Below, in pieces: positions 48,698 to 62,720 of a stretch of DNA of 64,000 nucleotides. Numbering within the stretch: position 1 is the first letter of the stretch; every line of letters starts with the position of its first letter. A model generated the notes under the pieces. It was not told the origin of the DNA, ran no database searches, and saw nothing but the letters and a program-made list of their open reading frames with translations. The DNA is from Chlorokybus atmophyticus. Taxonomy: Eukaryota; Plantae; Mesostigma and Chlorokybus algae. The position numbers and the translations under genes were made by a program. Location: positions 7,719 through 71,718 of the forward strand of contig RHPI01003728.1 in NCBI GenBank assembly GCA_009103225.1. Reading direction: 5' to 3'.

Positions 48698-51000
48698 TCA
48701 GTTTTGTTCAGTGCGACCACTACTTCCGGCTGACGTCACTGCCCCATGCACGCTCAGATTCAACTCTGCAATCGCATCTGCCAGCATTTGCCTGTCTGCA
48801 GACGACATTGATATTGCTTTTCTGGGACTTACCCCATCCGACTCCAGCGAATCCACAGGCCGCACATCATCGATGACAGGCCTGACAACAACCGCAGAAG
48901 GGTTGTCGTCTGCAAGCTCATGCATCTTGCGGTATGTAATGATTGCATCCTGGCACGCACGGTTTGGCACAAGGTCTTCTAACAGCAGAGGCATGCCATT
49001 CTCAGGGTCAATCGATGTGACTTCCAGATGTGCTTTCAACGCCTCATAATCATATGAGCGACCTGCGCGTGCCCATTCAGCCACATGCAACTCTAGCTGT
49101 ATGCGTAGGGTACAACGCTTTCGCTGAAATGATGCACCAAGCACGCACGTCAATGCATCCTAGCCACAGCTGTCATGCTCACCAGTGGGCGTAACAACTG
49201 CGTTTGTAAGCAGTTTCCCACTCAGCGGGCAGTAGAAGTAGACAGAAGGGTCTGTGTTTGTGCTGGTATCAGGCCCGAGCAGGCCTTCATTGGAGATGCC
49301 GATGTCCTCTGCACCTACCCAATAGTCGTCTATTGAGTTGGGGGGTGGAGATGGAGGTAACGCCGCCACTAGTTCCTGAGCTGCAGTACAAGACGTGAGC
49401 AGTTTGAGTGCGCAGCAGAGCTGCCATGACTGGAAGCTCCGGTGTGCTGTTGTTGACTATGCAAGGTGTCCCAACAATTGAAACTTGTCCATGATGAGTG
49501 TCATGCATGGCATGTCGCTCAGGTGCCAAGCTAATAAAGGTTGACACCTGAGCGACATGCCATATATTGGCGTAGTAAACGGGTGCAGCTGCACCAGCAC
49601 GCAGCATGGTCAGACGTTGTACCAACCTGTTTTGCGTCCCCCAGTGAACGTGGTCTCTGCACTGGCGCTGTAGGAGGTGCCTGCAAAACAACTGGAAGTG
49701 AGGGATCGTTTGTACCGTTGCTCCACGTTGCGCACAAAACACATCGCAATGCTCACCTGTTGACCCTGCTGCACGTTCAAGCTGGTCCAGGACCAGTGTT
49801 AAATGTGATTCCTGCAACGAGGCCATTGGGTGCATAAACACCGCGTGAAGCACCCCTTTGTGTACAGCATACTGCGCAGGTGGAAGCTTTGTTAGGGCAA
49901 CGCATTTGGCCACTGCATGCAGACAGCTGCGCTCAATAGACCACCTTTGTGTCCATTGTGGGGTGGTAAGAAGCCTCCAGCAGGCGAGCGTAAAGGCGTG
50001 ATGGCACCGCCCCCGGGCCATCAGGAAAAGAGCACAGAGGTATGGCTAACCGACACATGTCCATAACCTACTCAAACTTATTAGAATTCTGCCAGTGGTC
50101 TGCCTACGCAGGTGGGTGCATGTGGTGGTAAAGCTCTCTCAGACACGGAAACACCAACAGATTGTTTGATCCCAGTGGTGCTATGGCCAAGTATACAACC
50201 GGTAGCATGGCACACCTTGTCAAAGGTGACGGTAAGTGACAGTCCATCTGGCAGCTCCGCGCGCAACTCAGTCGGCTCTGAAGTCGAGTTAGCTGACACG
50301 TTTACGTTACCATAGCGCTCCTGCAACAAACACACAACGTCAGCATGCGCATTTGACTTGCGCAGCATACGCCGCTATCCTGCATTGCGAAGGCAATACA
50401 TTTCAACATGCAACTCCACAAACACATTTATAAGCACCCACCCGGGGCAAACAACGTTGTTGTATGGGCAGCGCATGGTCTCGTAAGCATGCATGGTGCC
50501 ACTAGAGTGAGTAATTATTGCTGTGCACCACAACCTGTATGGGAGAGGCATTCTGCATATTGTACTGTTCTTACCTCCAACAGTTGCGCCAGCTGGCGAG
50601 GCTTCATGTTTGCACATTGCCTGTTGCGATTGCCATTGGTGAGCGTCTGCGAAAACACAACCATGCAGTCACGCAAGCAGCCCGCTCGTCATATGCTGAT
50701 CCTTCTGCTGATTTCGTTCTGCGTGAGCGCGTCAAAGAGCTACGTACGGCAACAGAAAGTACCCAACCCGAAATACCAACACACAAGTTCGGTCTCGACT
50801 GCTTGTTCCCTCTCTACAGGAAACACAGCCTAGGTGTCCATACCGCGTGTTCTACATGGCGGTCACGAAGATCTGTACGGGCATGGCCATCACGCATGTG
50901 TTCCGCCAAGCTATGCCTATGTGAACTGTTTCCCAATCCTAAGCATGTCAACTGCCAAAGCTTCAATGATGACGCACAGCAAGCGCTTACGTTTACAGCC
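48698..51000 (-). CDS. U-box domain protein (putative E3 ubiquitin ligase); N-terminal exons unresolved
   Basis: U-box split by an intron: FYCPLSGKLLTNAVVTP (49160-49369 ORF) joined to GRSYDYEALKAHLEVTSIDPENGMPLLLEDLVPNRACQDAI (48698-49153 ORF). Confidence 0.75.
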
Positions 51001-52176
51001 ACAACCACGAATGTCCCAAGCCAGCTCCGCTCAAGCGCCGATGGTATCCACCCACACCGCAGCGATTCAAGCGACCACAAGCCACGAGGCACCTCGCACA
51101 ACACCCTCCTGTTCGCTCTCTATGCCCGCCGCCGCCGCCGCACCTGCCACGTGTCACGACAGCAGCAATGACACAGTGTGCTGCAGCTGCAACGCAATGC
51201 ATAGCTGAACAGTCCAACGGGACGGTAAACGGCAATGTTCGATTGTATTGAGCATACCTGCGGTTTTTATACATCACTCCAATCGAGAGACACGCCCATA
51301 CCGTACAGGGATGCGCACTGCGAGCAAAGTGCGCCGGACGCGGAGGGGCATTTTCCAACAGAGTGGGAGGACAAAAGATCGGCCTCGGGCCCGCTCCGGC
51401 CAAAGCCGCCGCCCAACCCACGTTGCGCCGGTCAATCCGCCGTCTCAATGGCGGTTCAGCGACGGCCATAGCAGTTTATCACCGCCCAATCGTCAGACAT
51501 TTCCTATTATTCGTGGTGAAGCGGCAGGCTGGACGCGGTGGCGGCGGCGGCGGTGGCGGTGGCGTCAGGAGCGGGGTGCTGGTGGTGAGGGAGGTCGTAC
51601 GAGCTGTCAAGGCTGTTGTGCGGTTGCGAGTTTCTGCTGCGCTTTGACACAAGGCGCTTGGGCATGGCGAGCTGGAGCTGGCGCAGAGGTAGCGGTGAGC
51701 GGTCCGCACTGCCGCAGGTCAGTGTTCTGGTGTGCGGGGGGGCAAGGGGGGGCGGGGCAGTGTCCGCGGCAGGAGCGTTGTTGGTCGGTTCTTGTTGAGT
51801 ATGACAAACCTATCGGAGTCCGTGGTTGGACCGTGTCGTTACGCTGGAGGCATGCCTGACCTCATACACCTCACGTCGCTACCTTCTATAATGCTGGAAG
51901 GATGGCGAGTAGTGCGTCCAGTTTGTTACAGTCAGCTCAGTACGTGATATGCACAGTTCTGCACGACGTATATATTTTTTCTAACGTCAGGCACGCTTAG
52001 CAACTTCAGGCCGTCTCCTATTTGTACTGCTTGGTGTTGAGTGTTGCCTGCAGCAGCTGTAGGCTTGCCACGCCAGTAGTTAACAGCTTGGTTTGGCCGC
52101 AGTTATTCTGCCTGTGTGCTGAGAAGAGGTGAGCAGGGGCTCAGGCGTGTGTGAGATATGGCCTCTGGCCTGAACC

Positions 52177-55100
52177 ATGGCAAACGCTGCGCGTGTGAAC
52201 GATGTTGAACCTGGTGGCGTCGTAGAAGTGTCAGCACGAATAAACACAGCCAGCATTGCCAACCGTGAAGCAAGCAACCAGGAAGAGCCTTCAGCTCAGG
52301 AGAGAGAAACACCCACGGTGCAGTTGGAACCGCCAGTAGCGACTTCCAGTGCACCTGAACCCTCTCAAGCAGCAGCTGTACTGCCTGAGTCATCTCACCC
52401 ACAGTCGTCCTCTCAGCCAGTGGCAGCAGAAGCTGGGGTGACTGCCGACGCTGCAGCCCAGAGTGTCCGCAGGCTCTCGAAAGCGCGCAGCTTGTACCAG
52501 CTTGGTCTTGTACCAAGCCAGAAGGTTACAAAGGAGGACATCGTTCAGGAGGTTCTGGGTGAGGAGCCGAAGTTCTCTCCAGATGGTGGCTTCCACGAGT
52601 TACGCATCGACCCCTCTGAAGGGCCCAAGTTGGTCGGGCGCGCGGTGAAAGTGTACTGGCCCTTAGATGGGGCCTGGTATGCGGGAAAGGTGCAGAGTTA
52701 CGACCCGGAGCGCAAGCGACACGCTATTCTATACGATGATGGCGACATCGAGCAGGTCAATGTCAAGAGGGAGAGGGTGCAAGTCCTTCTGCAGCCAGGA
52801 GAAGAGCTTGGGAAGCTGGTCGCACCAAACAGGCGACGCAGACTGGAACTCCAGGCTCGGCAAATGGTAAGCTGAAGCTTCAGATTGTTGTATGTTGTGA
52901 TGGAAGCAGCTTGTTAAGTTCAGCAACCTTGTCAAGTGTAGCACCATGTTGGACTCAGGGTGCTGGAGTCCAGTTCACAAGTCTGAGGCATCAGTGTTGA
53001 TGGTCACAATCAGCTCCTACTCATGCACCTCGCTGAGGTGCATGAGCGAGTGCTAGTTGAGTATTTGCTGAACTTTTTGGCCCTCCCTCCTCAACCTCTC
53101 TTACGTGCTCGAGGAGGAGGAAGGCTCAACACTTCCTCCATCCGCTCAAGCAGTGTGAGAAAGGATGCGGAAGGTGTACAAAGCCGGTTTGGGTGTGGGT
53201 GTGGGTGTGGGTGTTTTTGTACTTTTCGGGGGGAAGGGTCAAGGATAAGAACAGATGTGATCGGCGAGGAAAGGTATGCAACACAGCCCCTCAACAGCTC
53301 GCTGTCCTCAGCACATGTCTGACAGCCATGCATGCCTGAAGCTTTGTTTCATTCACGAACAATGCTGGAAGGGCCACCACTGCAACCTCGGCTTTAGTAA
53401 TTGAAGCCAGCATTGCGNGAGGGGGGGCTGGCGGATTATCGTTGCTTCCCAATATTATGTGGTGAAGCCTCTGCCGTTTAGTGACTGATATCTCTTGACA
53501 GGCAGATGTACAGGAACCACAAGAAGCGCCTTTGGCTACCCGCTCAGGCTCGTCTACCAAAGAAGGTCGGTCACTCAAAAGGAGTGCTCACAATGCTGCG
53601 CAAGGAGAGGTTGAAACGTACCGCTTTTGGGTGGTGGAAACAGAGCATGGGTTGCGCGTATCAGCTGTCAAATGCAGCAAGAGGATGATGACTCCCAATG
53701 GTGTACAGAAATGTGTGGGTATGGGATACACTGGAAAAGTGCTGGAGCGCAGAGACATAGACCTTCAGTTGCCCAGCAAAGATCAGGGCAAGCTGAGGGT
53801 TGCGGCAATCAGAGCCAAGAAAGAGGAGCTGAAGCAGGAGGTGTTGGATGCGATGTCAGAGGAGGAGCGTTTACGCGTGCTAGCGTTGGAAGCAGCAGGT
53901 GATTCAGAATTGTCCTCCGAGGAAGGCGATGACACTGCGTTAGCTGACAAAGATGGGATGGAGGTGGAGGTGGAGGTGGAGGTGGAGGACACGACGACAG
54001 AGGAGCCTGCAGCAGTCACTGACGCTCCATCCACGTTGCCAGCAGATGCTGAGGTGCCTGTAGCCGCCGTTGCAGCAGCTGAACCAGTGGAACAGCCACA
54101 AGAAGCAGAGCCAGTTATGGATGTCGTCGCTGTTGAACCACCAAAGTCCATGTTCCCTCCTGGGCCACCTGCGTTCCCAATGCTGCAGAAGCTGGGCAGT
54201 GACCTTGCAGTCCCAGCACCGGTGCTACCCACTCTGGACTACAGCGGACCGCAGCGCGCTGTTATCAGGGCAAGAAGGTGTACTGCAAACACTGCTCTCT
54301 GGGAGGTCGAGACCCTTGTTGAGGCTGACCTCAAGGGTGTGGCTTCTGAGAAAGAGGATGCAGGGCAAGACGCTCAAGTGCCCTCGCCCTCGACTAGCTT
54401 TGAGCCTGCTGTTAAACCTGACGTACACCTTGCTGCCACACAACATGCACGCAGAGGTGGCTTGAGACATGGTTTGAGCTCTCCCAATTTGCCTCGCATC
54501 CATACGCCCCGGGCCAACGGAAATGCTAGAGATCTTGCTCGCGACAGTGCCGGGCGTTTCTCGTCGCATCGCGCTGCGCTCTCAGTGCGTATCCCCATGA
54601 CAGCAGAGCGTGGCAACATAGACAGGCGACATGATACATCCCGTGTGGAGTTTGCTGCCGATTCTGGTCACCTCTTGGTTGGCCATGGGACCAGTGACAC
54701 AAGCGCTGGGGATGTGATGTGGTCGGACATGTCCGAGTCAGAATACATTGATGGCAACGCCGAGTATGCGGAGTCCCTTTCGGGACGGATGCCACGTTCA
54801 ATCCTAGACCAGGACATTGCCTCAAGACTGAAGCAGCAAGAAGATGAGTGCGTTGCTAGGGGAGCTGTTCCAGCCAACGTATTGGTAACTGAGACTGATA
54901 GGTGCTGGCGACAGTCTGGAGTCCTAGCAGTGTTTTACGTGGAAGCTGACAGGCGCTGCATTATGCGCATTGAAAAGGAAAGGCAGGTTCTAGCAGAGCA
55001 CCAGATTTGCAGTGACCACGTTTCCCAAGACACCAGACACAACAGGGTGTCTCGTTCACTCATCTGGCGTGCTGAAGACACTTGGAGCTTGGAATTTACT

Positions 55101-57228
55101 AGCAAACCTGTGTATATGGCCTTTAAGCGCCTCTTTGCTTATCATTTTCACAAGACATTGGTTGCCAACATATCTATCCCTACTTATCGGGAACTTGACA
55201 TGACGGGTGCGGGGAGATTTGCTCGGCCTGCTCAGTACACCAGCACCCTGCCTGCGCCAGCACTGGACAATGCTGATGATGAGTCACGTCCAGGAGCTCG
55301 CTGGTCAGTTGCGCTGTACACAGCGGACTCTGAAGATGAGGATTGGCTCTATATACGTGCTAGAAAAGCTGCTACGAATGAAGGACGCTTGACGGTTGAA
55401 GGCTTCGAGGATATGATTGACAGTTTTGAGAAGCAAGCGGCAATCAAGCAGCGACACCATCAGCTGAAGACTTTGTGCGGGTCACCAGATTTGCATGAAA
55501 CTGAACTGACCAAAGCATTGGCAGTGCTTCCTGGCAGTCAGTCGCATACACCCCGAGCTGGAGTGGTTGTGACTTCGCCCCTTGTCCAGTCCCATACACC
55601 GCGCAGTGTTGCATCAGCTCGGGAAGTGGAGTGCGAGATGTGCTGGCAGCCCTTGTCTGCAGATGAAGCTCTAGCGGCTTATGATGCACGCCATGAGGGT
55701 GTAGACACAATTCTGGCAGTTCATTCCTATTGGTTTCAGAAACGAGCCAAGCGGGGCATGCCACTTCTCAGGCATTTCCAGGTATGTCAGTGTGGTAATC
55801 TGCAATGACTTAGAGCTTGCTGGTTTGTATTGCGTATGCAGCTGTTCTACGGCTTACCTGACTATCCGACTTGCAGCCATCTCCTTGGCTGCTTTGGCAG
55901 AGGCGATTGAGAGTTGACGCGACGGCCAAGCCCGCTGCCTTTTGCATGCGCAAGTGGGTGAGCGGCAGCAGAAGAGGCAGAACAGGCACAGCGCACAAGG
56001 TCTTGAGGAATGACTCGCAGCGCCTGCATGTTGGCCATGAAACTGGAACACCGCGCGGCTTTTCTAAAAAGCGTGCTAGGCGTATGCCATTTGGTATGAG
56101 CTGCGTCTGTACTGGTCTGGTTTGCCGTTCTGTGCTGTTCTCTGCTGTGGTCATTGGGTGGCTAGGTACCTCTCCGGTGTCCTCCAGACAATTGACTTTT
56201 GGCATCTGGCAGGTAAATCTTTTTCCAGGCGGAGACGTGATGACGAGTTCGGAACGCCTCGCACGCCATATGCCCCTATCGGCATGTTCTCACCTGCCGC
56301 CAGCGACATGCTTGGTGATTTCCCCCCCGTGCAGGTCTCCAAAGCAGCAGCACCTGCCCCTGTGTCTCATGACACGCAACGACGGGAGTCTGGAGAGGGC
56401 CCAGAAAGAGGAGTTTTGCTCAGCCCAGGCGTGCTTGTGAACACTTCATATGCCCCGGCAGTTTGGGAGGCGACAGCGTTGCAGCATGTGCCACCAAAGA
56501 AGACGCGGACGCCTCGCTTCAGAAAAGCCAACTCCCCTGTCGCCAGCTCTCCTGTCGCCAACTTTGGAGAGGATGATGCTAGATTGTCAGATGCCGAGGA
56601 CGGCAACGCCAACGGCGATGATGAGGCTTCACCCGAGGAAGCGGTCAGGCGTGATCACGCCGTTGACGGGCGCGGTAAGGCCCCGGCAAACGGTGCCCCT
56701 GTACATCCAGCCCCATCTGTGCGACTCTCCAGTGAGCCGGGTGAGCCTGGCGAAATAGCAATGGACGAAGAGGTAGCTGCTGCTTGGTTTGGAGGCAGTG
56801 CTGCCCACCCCGGCCAAGACTTGTACTGCGATGCAATACCTTGGCTGTATTCACCCTCAAGGCGGTCGGCTGAAGAGCATGCGCAGGCGGCAACTCCCTT
56901 AGAGAAGGCAGGCACCTCCAACGGTATGGTGCTTGTCGTTGACGCCAGCGGTAGCAGCAATGGCGCTCGGCAGCCGCCCCCTTCCTGCAGCTCCGATCAA
57001 GGTGCCGCATGCGGTTCTGACTCAGTGCCGCAGTCTGGTGCTGCCGAGCCTGCGAGTGCGAGCAAGGCAGGTATGACCACACCAAACTGCAGACACGTGG
57101 CTGCAGAGCCAGCATCGCATGGAGCAGGGCGCGCTGCACAGAAGCCACTGGTATTGAAGTCAAACACACTGGAACAGAGTGAAAGGGACAGGGTTGCGGT
57201 CGCGGGAGGGGTAAACGGCAATCGGTAG
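52177..57228 (+). CDS. Enhancer-of-polycomb-like protein with N-terminal Tudor domain (plant EPCR type)
   Basis: Tudor motif LVGRAVKVYWPLDGAWYAGKVQSYDPERKRHAILYDDGDIE; EPL1-like YTADSEDEDWL...FEDMIDSFEK; AVHSYWFQKRAKRGMPLLRHFQ. Confidence 0.85.
53275..53417 (+). repeat. 143-bp copy of 41552-41694
   Basis: Appears identical by eye; ends at the single N at 53418. Confidence 0.9.
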
Positions 57229-60200
57229 GTTTTGGCAGTTCAGACATCATAGGAGTCGCAGCCGGTGCGCGCTCTGCTCATGGCGTCACTGATGATTGGA
57301 ACTGCGACATGTAGAATGGTAATGGCAGGAACTGAGATTAGTCACTTCTCAATGACATTGGAGTGGGCCGATTGTGTTTAAGCAAGTACTAGCCTGTTAA
57401 GAGCCGTGTGCATGCTACTCATGTGTGTGCCAGTTGGTCACCTCAGGCCTGCCCTACCAATGCAGTGGTGACTGCCAGTCGTTTGCATGTTAGGTATGCG
57501 CCATCATTTTCAGTTCTTGATCTCAATGTAATATTGGCTGAAGCGCTGGTTTGTTCTGTTCGTTCGTCTTTTTCCCTTACTCGAGCCACTTGAAAATTCC
57601 ATGGTGCGCTGCAGTGATGCCACAACTGCGGCATTGCATGTCTACATAAGCGAGATATTTGTTAGGCGACATGGATAAGACATGCAGCAATGTGTGCACT
57701 CGGTGTTTGCGCGTCCTTGCACACACGTTGGTATACGCCCGCAATTTGATTGGATTGTTATTCACGAAATGGAATAACTTTGCGCAAGTGAAGTGCTGTT
57801 AGGTACGAAACATCTTTTTAGTAGGATCATGCTTGCCGCCAAAGGAGACTCACAGAGACTTGGTGCACAATTGCTGCTCGAGTACTTACATTGTGCGCAC
57901 ATCTTGGGTTTTTATGCACTATCAGCATATGGTAGCAATTTAGAAGTCCATCGCATTGCAAACATGTCCCGACATGCATGTCCACATTGAATATGTCAAT
58001 CAATATCAACATTGTTTCAATATCTCGCTTTATGTGTCAAGGAAAAAAAGGCAAGGCATGCTCATGCTCAGGTTGCCTGGTTGCCATTGTAGCTTTGTAC
58101 ATTCCAAATACATGATGTGTGCGGTATAGAAGTAACACGCTTGGATAATTGTTGTTAACGCGTGTGCTTAAAGGCCGTATGCCGTATGATTGCTTACACA
58201 TGGCAATGATAAGCGTGTTGTACGTAGTTCAATAGTGTATATAATTGTCAAATCAGCATACATGTTATATTGACATGTTGCGATCAATGAAATATATGTG
58301 TCACAAAAGTAACGTGTGGCGCTGCACTCATTTGTCATACATTGGTGAAGTATCTAGTGTCATGTAACGTGACTCACGTTATGTGCACAAGATGTGACAT
58401 AATGCACATGCGCTAGAAGCAGATGTTCGTATCATGAAGTTCTGTGTAGCCAAGAGAGTTTCATACTCGTTAGCATGCGTGCAAAAAAGATGATAATAGC
58501 CTTGAAATACACATGTGGCAAAGCGAGAAGGCACTTGTTGCCCTCGTAACAGGGGAGGGTATGCAAGGCTAAGTCATGATGTTGAGGGTTTGGTTTTAAA
58601 GTCTATATAATGCTTACTTGCTATGTGAGGGGTGCTTGGCTAACAATTCACTTAATTTTCTTATCTTTTTGAGTGAGATGGTCCTGCATGTGTTTTGAGG
58701 GGTTTGTGTTTATTGTGTGATTTTTTCCAATTAAAACAAGGGTGCTGCCTGCACTATGATGCGTGTAATGGTGGTGAATCACCATAGGTGACAATGAAAG
58801 TCTTCATTTGCTACCTAGCATTGCTAATCATATGGCAGAATGAGTAATTCTGTCTCTTGTGCTGCGTGCATCGTGCACATGCTAGCCTTTGTGAGCACAG
58901 TTATTTTGCATCTTGTGCGAAGTTAATAGGTGCGTGTGCATCCGCATGAAGATATTGTTGTCATCATGGTAAAGAGTGGCTAGCTGAAACGAACTTGTCC
59001 TGCGCAATTGCTCAGTTATCGGGGTTTTACATTAGCATATAGTGGTTGGCACACGGTTGATAAAATAACCTTATAGCTATAGCAAGTTGATGAGCTTGTT
59101 AGGTGCATCACTAGATAGGTAGTACATATCGTGTGTAGCACTTCTTATGTACGTATGCGCGGATGTGTTGGCAGGGGTGGTAGTGGGCGCATTTGTGTGT
59201 AAGTGTGCATGTTATGTGCGAGTAATTATCAATATGTGTGGGCATGTGTTAGAGGCCCTCCACTGTGTACGCATTCAAAATTACACAAATAGTATATGCA
59301 CGCGCATATATGTATGCGAGAAGTGCACACTTGTGTACGTAAGGTTGAATGCAAAACCTTTCTTCATGAGAGTTATGTGCTCATGAGCACTCAACTTGCC
59401 AATCATGCTTATGACACTGAATTACGCTTGCAAGCATAAATATGTGCTACAGTGATAGTTTACACAATCGATGCAGCTGCAATCTGATGCACTGATATTG
59501 TACAAAGCAACGTATTTTACAAGCAATTGTGACACATATCACATCAATACATTTAGACATGAACGTTCATAAACAAACATCAAATACATTATGTTGTCAA
59601 TTGGATTGCATGCTTTACGAACTTTTTCATGACACTGTGCTATATGCCATTGTCATAAGAATATGTTGATGACATTTGATTACCTTTAAGCATTTACTAT
59701 CACATGATGCTAATGCATGCCATGTATTGTACGCAACATGTAATTTACGTATGACTCGCATCTACCCGAGGAAGAGCGTTCTTGTAGCATTTGATAATTT
59801 GCAAATTTCGCTTAATAATTCGAAAAACAATTAATCTATCGTAAACATCAAAACATGCTTTAATATATAGTATCGTATTACATGCAGAAGAACCAGAGCA
59901 CCGATTAATTTAGCATGTTTACACGTTGGGTTTAACAATACACTTGTGGTTTAATGAACTGATCTGTAACTTGTGGTAATACTTGCAATGCTTCAAGAAA
60001 TTGCATAAAACTCAGATTAATGCGGTATGTGATACACTTTAAACCTCTTTAACACAGCAACTTGGGCTAATCTAGTCCTCTCTCTTTTATTACCGGAAGC
60101 GGATTAGTGTTTGAGTACCAAGCTGCCATCATGCCTACACATACAACGAACAAACATGACATCAAACACCACCATACATCAAGAGTTCAGACCTCATGCC

Positions 60201-60477
60201 TTTAATCGAGACCCCACCGTGGTTACACTACTGGTGCAACTCCACTCCAACGATGTTGCACCACTCAGTGCATTGCAATTTCATGTGACTCGCTGCGACG
60301 CAGTGACTGCCACCCGTGTACCTACCTGACACACCCACCGCCGCCGCCGCCGTGTGCACCTGGCTGGGATCATCTCTTGCCAATAGCTAGCAGCTTGCCT
60401 GCGTACGCAGCGAAAGCAGTAAGCTGATCCTGTCCGGCGGCGGTGGCGGCGTGGTGCAGAGGGCTTTCAGGCGGCTG

Positions 60478-62720
60478 ATGGCGGCGGGGTCCGCCTGGCC
60501 GTCAGCTGGTGTAGCTCGCTGCTCCACTTCCTACCATTGCCAGCTTGCAGCCGGCAGCAGACTTCAGCTGCGCTCTCTTACTGCACAGCAGCAGCTTGCT
60601 GTCAGGCCAGCTGCAGCTTTACCGTGCCGCTTACGCCTGCACCGTCACCGCCGCTGCGTCCGCCAGCTTCAACCTTGGCACAGCTCAGTCGGCATGGCTC
60701 AGGCCGCAGCCGGCATTGGTGAGGCGCAAGGGCTTGAGATCAATGCCGCCACCAACGCTGCTCCCCAGCAAAGTGCCAGCATCATTGATGGCAAGGTAAA
60801 GAGCTTGTCAGCTTGCTCGGCTATATGTATGGTGCCTTCTCTACAGTTGTTGCCCACTTGCTCAGATCAGCAGCTGGTTGAACTCATTCCAAGCATCGCA
60901 GACTGCATGCTTATATAGCTGGTGGTTCCACTTAGCATGCACCAAGCCATAAGCATGCACGTGTGCAGCTCAAGCATTCTAGGCGCCACTGGTTGATGCT
61001 GGCAAGCTTTGAATGACAAACAGCATTACTCAGGGAACCATCAAACAATGCGAACAGTCACATGGAGCTCAAAAAGTGTCTCAGGAATGCCGTAACAAAT
61101 GGTAGCTGACTGTATGCACAGAATGTGCATACGAACAGCATGTGACACATCCCTCTCTTCATGCCATCTGCTTCAACGCAGGCGATTGCAGCAACGGTGC
61201 GCCTGGAAGTAGCAGAAGCTGTGAAAAATCTGAAGCAAGCTACTGGTCATGTACCTGGCCTTGCTGTCGTGCTCGTTGGAAGTCGTAAGGATTCCGAGAC
61301 ATATGTGCGTAACAAGAAGCTAGCATGCGAGGAGGTAACCATTAGCCTCGCTGGGTAATGCTTGTGTCATGTAATGGTTACAGTCACTTTACAGTCGCAA
61401 ACCACTCAATTGTACACAACACATGGGGCAAGTCGTGTGACAAGGCACCAAGTGCTTTTGACTTGCATGGAACTAAAGTATATAGGGTGGTTGGCGCATT
61501 GTGATGATTCTGGTATTGTTATCCAGGTCGGCATCCAATCATATGGCGTAGATCTCCCAGAGGACATCTCGCAGCAGGAGTTATTGGATGTTGTTCAGAA
61601 GTACAACGCTGACCCGAATGTGCACGGCATCCTGGTAAAGCTATGCAGTCATGTTGGCTTGGAAAAATACCTCAGTCAGCACGTTTTCAATGACTATGTG
61701 GTAGTAGAACGTCTTGTGGGTGTGTGGGACCATCATGTACTGCGCAATGTCTTTGCAAACTTTGCAGTCTGTTAGGCCTGGACTGATCATGCGACAACAG
61801 GTCCAACTGCCACTTCCAACCCATATGGATGAGGAGGCCATTCTTAGTGCGGTGTCCATCGAGAAGGATGTGGACGGTTTCCATCCTCTTAACATCGGCA
61901 AGCTGGCCATGCGCGGCCGCAACCCAATGTTTGTCCCCTGCACACCCAAGGGATGCATAGAGCTGCTAGTCAGGAGTGGTGTGGAGATTAAGGGCAAAAC
62001 TGCTGTCGTCATTGGACGCAGCAATGTTGTTGGTATGCCCGCTGCGCTTCTTCTTCAGGTAATCTCTACTTGCTGTATCCTCCCAGCATGCACGTGCAGC
62101 AAGCACTTGATGGACCATGTGCACCGTGCTCATCCTGGGCCATAGAGTACGGTTGTCGGTTAGTACTGCAGAGGGATCATAACACGCATACACGAATGCC
62201 AGCACAACAGCCGCTGTCGAATATGTCCAGCGCGATGCATGTGTACATAATGATCACATGTCTTGTTTGCAGAGGAGAGATGCCACTGTCACCATAGTAC
62301 ACTCGCGCACTCCAAACCCAGCAGACGTAGTCAGGAAAGCAGACATTGTCATTGCAGCAGTTGGTCGTGCTGAATTGGTGAGAGGCGACTGGCTCAAGCC
62401 TGGCGCTGCGGTTATTGATGTTGGTATCAACGCTGTCGATGATCCCACAAAAAAGCGCGGCTACCGATTGGTTGGTGATGTGCACTTTGACGAAGCAAAG
62501 GAGGTATGGCGTCTGGCAAGCAGCACGTTGTCTTTTACAGCGTAAAAAACGCTGTAAGTCTTTGAACACTTGTAAGTGACTGTTGGCGGCGCAGGTTGCT
62601 GGTGCCATCACACCTGTTCCTGGAGGTGTTGGGCCCATGACGATCGCCATGCTGCTGTTGAACACGCTACAGTCGGCGCAGCGAGTTCATGGGCTGCCCA
62701 TCACTGGGTCTGCAGCATAG
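60478..62720 (+). CDS. FOLD: Bifunctional methylenetetrahydrofolate dehydrogenase/cyclohydrolase with organellar transit peptide
   Basis: IIDGK; [21 protein letters not shown]; VHGILVQLPLP; [11 protein letters not shown]; PCTPKG; GRSNVVGMP; [17 protein letters not shown]; Ala/Arg/Ser-rich N-terminus. Confidence 0.97.

Noticed and set aside
50518-51171. 217-aa plus-strand ORF
   Set aside because: Splice signals here are on the minus strand (e.g. TTTTCGCAG|ACGCTC...GAG|GTAAGA); treated as antisense to the U-box gene.
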